Source: an uncultured Acidobacteriota bacterium (GTDB taxonomy: Bacteria > Acidobacteriota > Vicinamibacteria > Vicinamibacterales > 2-12-FULL-66-21). Taken from it: 64,000 nucleotides of DNA. Numbering within the stretch: the stretch's first letter is position 1; each line of letters starts with the position of its first letter. The translations under genes were made by a program, and so were the position numbers. The stretch is taken from the NCBI GenBank assembly GCA_963764925.1, contig CAVXUR010000008.1, forward strand, positions 3,923-67,922, read 5' to 3'. Below, piece by piece: positions 56,691-64,000 of this stretch. The notes beneath the pieces are model-generated. The model saw nothing but the letters and a program-made list of their open reading frames with translations, did not search any database and was not told where the DNA came from.

Positions 56691-59106
56691 TCAGGCGCCG
56701 TCCTCAATCGCGTGGTTGGTTTCCGGCAGCGCGAGCAGCAAGCCGTCGAGAATCCGCGACGCCACTGCCTTCGCGTGGGGTCCGGTATTGCCCTCGGGAC
56801 CAACGCAGGACGGACAGCCCGACTCGCACGGACAGCCCACAATCAACTCCCGCGTGCGCTCGAGCAGCGCAAGATGCATGTCGTACAGCGGCCGACTGAA
56901 TCCGATCCCGCCCGGGTAGTTGTCGTAAATGAAGATGTTCGGCTCGGCGGCGAGCGCAGCCGGCACGCCGCCCGTACCTCCGGTTCGCGTCGATCGCTCG
57001 AGCGTCCCGCCGTCAACCGACAGCCCGATATCGTGTCGATCGCACATCAGCAGGAGCTGCGCGATGTTCCTCATCGCAAACGCCAGGCCAACGACTCCGT
57101 CGCGACGGTCGTCGCCACCAAACGGCAAGCCGGCCACGATGACTGATGGAATCGTCAGCCAGTACGACGACGTGTGCATCTGCTGCTCGGGGAGATCCAG
57201 CTCGCCCGAGCCGACATTCTCGTTCGTGTAGAACTTGATCTTCTTGAAACCGACCACGCGCGAGACCACGTGAACCTCGCCGTGGGACCGCCCAGAAACA
57301 GGAGCATCAGAGGCGAAGGTCTCCAGAATCGTGACCTTCGTATAGGTGATGGCGTCGGTGTAGTAGTCGCACTCGACCGCGCGGACGAAGGCCTTGCGGC
57401 CGTCGAAATCCAGACGCTCGACCTGATAGAGCTGGCCTTCGACGATGTAGATGGCCTTCTCGTGAAGCGTGGCAGGCCCGCTCGTGAAGTCGGTTTCGCC
57501 GATGACGCGTTCGCCATCCGTGGCATCGATGACGACGAAGTTGTCGGACGACATCGATCGGAGGCTGACGGCGTCGGCCGGATAGGACTCGCTCGTCCAG
57601 TTCCACTGCTCGTCGGCGTGGTGAACGAACCCCTCCTCGGCAAGCACGGCGAGGATCTCCTGGACGTTCTCGTTCCCGAAACCTTCCTCGTCCCCAAATG
57701 GCAGCTCGAAAGCAGCGCACTTGACGTGATCGAGCAGGATGTGGAGGTTGTCGGGGTTGATCAGGGCATGCTCGGGCGTGGCATCGAAGAAGTACGACGG
57801 ATTGCGGATGATGAACTGATCGAGCGGCGCGCTCGAAGCAACAAACACGGCCGCCGACCGTGTCGTGCGGCGGCCGGCGCGACCAGCGCGCTGCCACGTG
57901 GCGGCAATCGTCCCCGGGTAGCCGGCCATCACCGAGACGTCGAGCGCGCCGATGTCGATGCCGAGCTCGAGCGCATTGGTCGAGACAACGGCGCGGACCT
58001 GACCTTCGCGCAGGCCCCGCTCGATCTCGCGGCGGCGATTGGGGAGATAGCCGCCCCGATAGCCGCGGATCACGTCGGCGGCGCCAGGCGGACCATGAAA
58101 GGCATCCTTGAGATACGTCGTCAGCAGCTCGACCGACAAGCGGCTCTGCGCGAACACGATCAGCTGGAGCTGGTACTTCAGGAACTCGAGCGCCACACGC
58201 CGCGTTTCCGCCAGATACGATCGTCGAATGCCGAGCTCGGCGTTGACGACCGGCGGGTTCACGAACAGGAAGAACTTCTCGCCGCGCGGCGCGCCGCTCT
58301 CGTCGATGAGCTCGAACGGCTTGCCGGTCAGCCCTTCGGCAAGTTCGCGCGGGTTCGCGATCGTGGCCGACGAGCAGATGAAGACGGGGTCCGATCCGTA
58401 GTGGCGGCACACGCGCTGCAGACGACGCAGGATGTTCGACAGGTGACTGCCGAATACGCCGCGATACGCATGCAGCTCGTCGATGACGACGAAGCGCAGG
58501 TTCTCGAAGAGCTTCGCCCAGCGCGGATGGTGCGGCAGAATCCCCGCGTGGAGCATGTCGGGGTTGCTGAGGACGACGTGCGCCTTGCCGCGAATCGCGC
58601 GGCGCGCGTCCGACGGCGTGTCGCCGTCGTAGGTGAAGACGCCGATCTCGAGATCCGAGTCACGGCCCGACCAATTCGGACAACGCGTGCAGCTCGGCGA
58701 GTTGATCCTGCGCGAGGGCCTTGGTCGGAAAGAGGTACAGCGCGCGCGTCGACTGATCCTGGAGGATGGCATTGAGGACGGGCGCGTTGTAGCAGAGCGT
58801 CTTGCCAGACGCGGTCGGCGTGATCGTGACGACGTTGCGCCCGCCGAGCACATGGGCGAACGCCTGGGCCTGATGCGTATACAGCTGGCTGATGCCACGG
58901 GCGGCGAGCGAACCCAGGAGTCGGTCGTCAGTGCCCTCAGGATAGGGCGCAAACGACGCGGGCGTGGCAGGCAGCCGCCGCACCGCCGTCACGATCGGGT
59001 CCGCCTCTGCTCCTCCGGGTCTGGGGGAATAGGTCAGCCGGCTGACCGCTTCCTGCAGCGAGCGGTCCTTGTCGCCGGAAATGACCGGCAGAGTTTGTGA
59101 AGCCAT
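56691..59106 (-). CDS. DEAD/DEAH helicase with DUF1998 (YprA/MrfA/Hrq1-like), frameshift ~58670
   Basis: TASGKT, PTKALAQDQ, DELH, SAT, QRAGRAGR, YDNYPGGIG, CPCESGCPSC. Confidence 0.93.
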
Positions 59107-59196
59107 AGCGGAAAGTGAGTGCAACCAAAGGAATTGCGGGTCCGATGGTAGCAGTCAATCGCCTGGCGATCAAGAAGCGAAAGGGGCGGGACGCTC

Positions 59197-60519
59197 CTAG
59201 CTCCTAGCTCCTAGCTCCTGCTTCGCAATCCTCGCCACGATCCCGCTCAATCCGATGACTCCGATCAGGTTCGGGAACACCTGCAGCACGTTCATCAGAT
59301 CGCCCCACGCCCACACGAGTTCGACCCGCGAGATCGCGCCGAACGGAATCAGCAGGCAGAAAATCCAGCGGTAGGGCATCGCCACCTTGCGGCCGAGGAT
59401 GTACTCGAAGAACTGCTCGCCGTAGTAGGCCCAGCCGATGAGCGTCGTGTAGCCGAAGAGAAACGTGCAGAACGCGACGATCCACCCACCGACGACGGGC
59501 ATGACGGAGTTGAAGCCGGCGGCGACGGCGGCAGTGCTGGTCAGGCCGATCTGCCAGACACCGGTCAGGAGGATCGTCATCGCCGAGATGCTCGACGTCA
59601 CGAACGAGACGATGAAGGTTTCCATGACGGCATTCAGCCCTTGCTGCGCGGGCTGGGTGCTTTGCGCGGTGCCGTAGGCCACCGCCGCCGTGCCGTAGCC
59701 GGCCTCGTTCGCGTAGATGCCGCGAGCGATGCCGTAGCGCATCGCAATGAACATCCCGAACCCGAACGCCGATTGCATCGTCAGCGCTTCGCGCACGACC
59801 ATGCGACAGCACGCCAGGGATCCGCCCGGCATTCATCACGATCACGATGAGGCCGCCGACGAGGTAGAGCCCGACCTTGAGTGGCGACAGCTTCTCAGCG
59901 GTCCTGCCGATCGACTTGATGCCGCCGATGATGACGAGCCACGTCAGCACGGCGATGGCGATGCCCGAGACGATTCGCGGAATCCCCAGCACCGAGTCCA
60001 GCACGAGCGCCATCGAGTTGGGTTGCGTGAAGGGCGTCGTCGTCAGCGCCGCGACGGCGGCGACGAACGCGAAGAGCCAGGCGAGGAACGGCGACCGCAG
60101 GCCGTCTCTGAGGTAGTACATCGGCCCCGACAAAACCTGATCGCCGCGCGCCTCACGAAAGGTCATGCCGAGCACGGCCTCGGCAAACTTGATTGCCGTC
60201 GCCACGAAACCGTAGACCCAGATCCAGAAGAGCGCGCCGGGACCGCCGGATACGATCGCGGTCGCGACGCCGGCGATGTTGCCCGTGCCAATCGATGCAC
60301 CAAGCGCCGTCATGAACGCTTGAAACGGCGTCAGCGCGCCGTCGCGCCCACTGCCCCGCCGCACGAACGCGACGCGGCAGGCCTCGCCGAACCGCCGCAC
60401 CTGCACGAAACCCGTCCGGACCGTCAGGAACAATCCCGCACCAAGCAGCAGGATCACGACCCACGGCATGAACAGGGCGTCGGCCGCGGATTGAATCAGG
60501 GTGGCGAGCGCTCGGACAT
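59197..60519 (-). CDS. Alanine/glycine:cation symporter (AGCS), frameshifted
   Basis: IGTGNIAGVATAI..GGPGALFWIW, GPMYY, ANEAGYG, WAYYGE. Confidence 0.92.
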
Positions 60520-60685
60520 GAGCGTGTTTATATCACGCGGGTCTCAGGCGTTTGCCAGCTCGACAGCCTAGTCGCAGGACTCGTCGATCATCAGAGATTG
60601 ACAGGAGACCGAGAGATCAGGATGCGTCTTAGTCTGAAAGCTGCTCCTGAACTCTGATCTCCTGTTCAGAGCCATGACGAGCTGT

Positions 60686-61467
60686 CTAGATGTTCGATCT
60701 GCCCTGACACCCATCGACCGGGATGCAAGCGCCGCTGATCCAGCTGCTGCGCGGTGAGGCGAGAAACGCGACGGCCGCTCCGACTTCGTCGGGACGCCCA
60801 AAGCGACCAAAGGGAAGTTCGCGTCGCATGAACTCGGCGATCCCGTCAGGATCGGCCTGCTGACGACGGTGCCACGAGCCACCGGGGAAGAGGATCGAGC
60901 CAGGCGCGACGCTGTTGACGCGGATGTTGAACGGCGCGAGCTGTTGCGCAAGCGACTTGGCGAGGCTGATTTCGGCGGCCTTCACGGCGTTGTACGTCAT
61001 CCGGCCGCCGGCCTCCCGGCCGTAGATCGAGGCAATCATGACGATCGCGCCGCCGCCGCGCTGCCGCATGTGCGGCACGGCGAGACGCGACGCGCGGATC
61101 GCCGGAAAGAGCGTCTCGTCGAACGCCGCCTGCCACTCGGCGTCGGACGTGTCCAGGATGTCCGATCCGCCGGCGCGGCCGACGTTGTTGACGAGCACGT
61201 CGAGCCCGCCGAAAGCGTCGACGGCCCTCTCGATCACGCGCTCGACGCCGTCCGTTGGTCGACACGTCGGCCTGAACGGTCGTGACCAGGTTCGGGCCGC
61301 TTGGCCGCGGCCTCGACCTCGAGCGCGGCCTCCGCCAGACGCTCCTCGCCGCGCGCGCACAGACACACGCGGCAGCCTTCGGCCACGAGCGCTCTGGCGC
61401 TCGCGAGCCCGAGCCCGCGACTCGAGCCGGTGACAATCGCAACTTTGTCGGTGAGTCCGAAATCCAT
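60686..61467 (-). CDS. SDR family oxidoreductase, frameshifted
   Basis: TGSSRGLG, LVNN, YNAVK, RVNSVAPG, VDG. Confidence 0.92.
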
Positions 61468-61530
61468 GTGTTGGTAGGCGACGTGAGAAAACGGAGCTAT
61501 TTCACCACAGAGCTCGGTGGAGTTAACTAG

Positions 61531-61626
61531 GGCTTGGCTCTAGGCTCTAGGCTCTAGCAAAACCTTGAGATCACTCTCGAAGATCTTGCCTAGAGCCTAA
61601 AGCCTAGAGCCTAAAGCCTGAGCCCT
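61531..61626. repeat. Inverted heptamer array (GGCTCTA)n..(TAGAGCC)n
   Basis: Complementary arms. Confidence 0.85.
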
Positions 61627-61627
61627 C

Positions 61628-62483
61628 TTACTCAATCCGCCCGCCGGTCAGATCGTTCAGCCGCCAGTCGAAGGCCTGGAACGCGACCTTGAACCGGTTC
61701 TCGTCGACGAACTCTCGCTCGAGCGGCAGGAGGTGTGGGCGTGATGAACGCGATGAGTGCCCGTTCGATCGGCGATCGCGTCGCAAAGCGTTCGCCCGCC
61801 TTCTCGCCATACGCCGCGACGAACTCCGCCTCGTGCCAGCTCACGATCGGCGTCGTCGACACCAGCCCCGCGGGCCGATCGACCTTGAGCAGGCGCTGCC
61901 TGGTGACGAACTCCGCCTGAATCGACTCGAGCTGCTCGGGCAGCCGCGCCGCCGTGTAGGCTTCGCTGCGCAGACGGCCGCTGCCGACGGCGCCGCGGCC
62001 GAGGGCGAGCGACAGCCGCGGCTCCTTGAACTCCGCGAGGATGGTCTTCTCGATCTCGTCGAGCGTCACGCTCCGTCCGGCCGCGCGAAACTTCATCTGA
62101 TCGAACGCGCCGGGAATCTGGCGGATGCTCGAGGCCGGATAGGCGCTGCTCGTGCCGCGAATCGGATAGCGGCTGACGACGGTCTGGAGCACGAAGGCGT
62201 TGTAGGCATTCACCCAGAACGCCATCTTCGCTTCTCGCGACCACGCGTCGTAGGTCGCCGTCGAGACGTTGAGCGACGCGACATAGCGATCGAGCGCGCC
62301 GCGCGTCGACTGCAGCGCCCGATAGTAGACCAGCCCGTCGCGGACGTTGACGTCGAGGATCTGATCGAGCGCCCGGTGAAACGGATCGCTGCCGGGAGGC
62401 AGCGGGGGCTGCTGCGCGCTCCGCGCCGGCGCGAAGCCGAGGCACAAAGCCAGCACGACAGTGGAGACAAGAGCACGACGCAT
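61628..62483 (-). CDS. DUF547 family protein, frameshift ~61740
   Basis: AFWVNAYNA, TLDEIEK, EPR, FDWRLN. Confidence 0.88.
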
Positions 62484-62522
62484 CTTTCGTAATCGTATGC
62501 CACGCAGGCAGACATCTCTATA

Positions 62523-63340
62523 TCAAAAGGCGCGCGACAGGAACCTCGTCAGCGCGCTCGAAAAGCCTTCCGGCGCCTCGAGGTTCGAGAGGTGGCCGAC
62601 GCGCGGCAGCACGACCAGCTCCGCCCTGGGAATCGAGTCGCGCGAGGAGCTCGGCGTCGGCGGCGGGGTCACCGCATCCTCCTGGCCCACGATGACGAGC
62701 GCGGGACAGCTGATGCGCCGGAGGTCCGGGGTCGAGTCCGGACGGGTCATGAGCGCGTGCAGCGCGGCGTCAATCGCGTCCGGTTGATTCGCCTCCATGA
62801 GACGACGAGCGTCAGGCGAGGACCTGCGGACGCTCCCGGTGCGTGGTTTCGCCGAGCAGCTTCGGGAGCAGCTCGTCCACGACGGCGCTCACGCCGCTGA
62901 CGCGCGAAGCTTCGCCGACATCGCGCGCCGGCCGGCCTGCCCCTCGGCGTATCCGCCTGCGCCTTCGTGTCGGCCAGGACCACGCCTTCGAAACGCGCGG
63001 GCGCCTGCCGAAAGAGGGCGAAGGTGACGTAGCCGCCCATCGACAGACCTCCGATCACCGCGGTCTCGATCCCCAGCGCGTCCATGAGTGCGACGACGTC
63101 GCCGGCGTAGTCGTCGATCGTCAGCGACGATCCGCGTCTTCGGCGCGGGCGGCCCGGCGCCGAATCCGCGCAGGTCAGGCGCGATGAATCGCCAGCCGTC
63201 CGGCACGTGGTCGATCTGCAGACCGCCACATGTCCGCGCTCAACGGAAATGCGTGGAGGAGGATGAGCGGCCTGCCCCTTCCCGGCTTCGAGGTACCGCG
63301 TCGCCCGGCCATTCACTGTCGCGTGCCGTTCCAGAACCAT
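62523..63340 (-). CDS. Alpha/beta hydrolase, multiple frameshifts
   Basis: PDLRGFG, GLSMGG, GQED, GHLSNLEAP. Confidence 0.88.
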
Positions 63341-63357
63341 GATGGAATGATAATCAC

Positions 63358-63450
63358 CGAGGGGCTTCGCCTCGGACTCACCACGGCTCGCTCGCGGGGG
63401 CCCCAACGCCCCGCTACGCTCGCAGGCTCACTGCTTCCGCTCGTTCGCGC
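63358..63450. repeat. REP-like palindromic element (second copy)
   Basis: Colinear with the outer parts of 6561-6715. Confidence 0.75.
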
Positions 63451-63559
63451 TGTCTGAGACAGCCTGCAGTGTCAAACGCTGGGACGAAGCGCAACGTCGC
63501 GTGGTCGACTTCGACGATAATATCGGTCACTGTGAGAGAATCCAATGCGACCTGCGCAC

Positions 63560-64000
63560 ATGCGCCCGCCTGATGGCCTGCCGCGATCCTCGCGCTCGCG
63601 CTGGCGCCGTCGTCTGTCGACGGCCCAGACGGTCGACGACATCGTCAGCCCGTCACATCGCCGCGCGGGGCGGCCGGGACAAGCTCACGTCGATCCAGAC
63701 GGTGAAGATGACGCGAACGGTGGCGAGCGGCATCGGCACCACGCTCAAAGTCATCGTCTTCAAGAAGCGGCCGAACCTCATGCGCGTCGAGCAGGGACCG
63801 GCGGCAGCCCGGGGCGACGATGACGCCTCGAGGCATCAACGCGGACGCGGTCTGGGACATGGTGCAGGGCAAGGCCGTGCCTCGCCAGCCGCAGCTGGCC
63901 GCGGAGTCACGGGAAGTCGATGGGGACTTCGACGGGCTGCTCGTCGACTGGCGGGAGAAGGGCCACACCGTCGCGCTCGCGGGACGCGAGACGCTGCCCG
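63560..64000 (+). CDS. Secreted protein, outer-membrane lipoprotein-sorting-like, partial and frameshifted
   Basis: Manual translation: AQTVDDIV..HIAARGGRDKLTSIQT..KKRPNLMRVE..DFDGLLVDWREKGH. Confidence 0.65.

Overview
High-GC bacterial sequence with many single-base frameshifts, most likely uncorrected long-read errors. From ~3.4 kb onward it reads as an Acidobacteria (Vicinamibacterales-like) chromosome; this taxonomy is inferred from gene content. It carries an ECF sigma/Ser-Thr kinase pair, mreB, ADOP permeases, two sugar dehydrogenases, peptidases, a PadR, TMEM175-WYL, egtB-egtD, tRNA-Leu-tig-clpP-clpX-lon-engB-rho, rpmE and an MrfAB-like helicase/exonuclease pair. The first ~3.4 kb (CoA transferase, acyl-CoA ligase, Fic) is joined to the rest at a point that truncates two genes, probably a chimeric junction. 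The best candidate for an undescribed system lies at 36.7-39.1 kb. There, a WYL regulator sits near a GTGAC-N7-GTCAC box placed as TGTCAC-N10-TAGACT (PafBC/DriD-type promoter geometry). This box precedes a two-hairpin leader and two small basic proteins, each with a candidate sliding-clamp-binding motif. The window also holds three families of small intergenic repeats, some inserted in-frame into proteins or duplicating gene ends, and many apparently leaderless genes.
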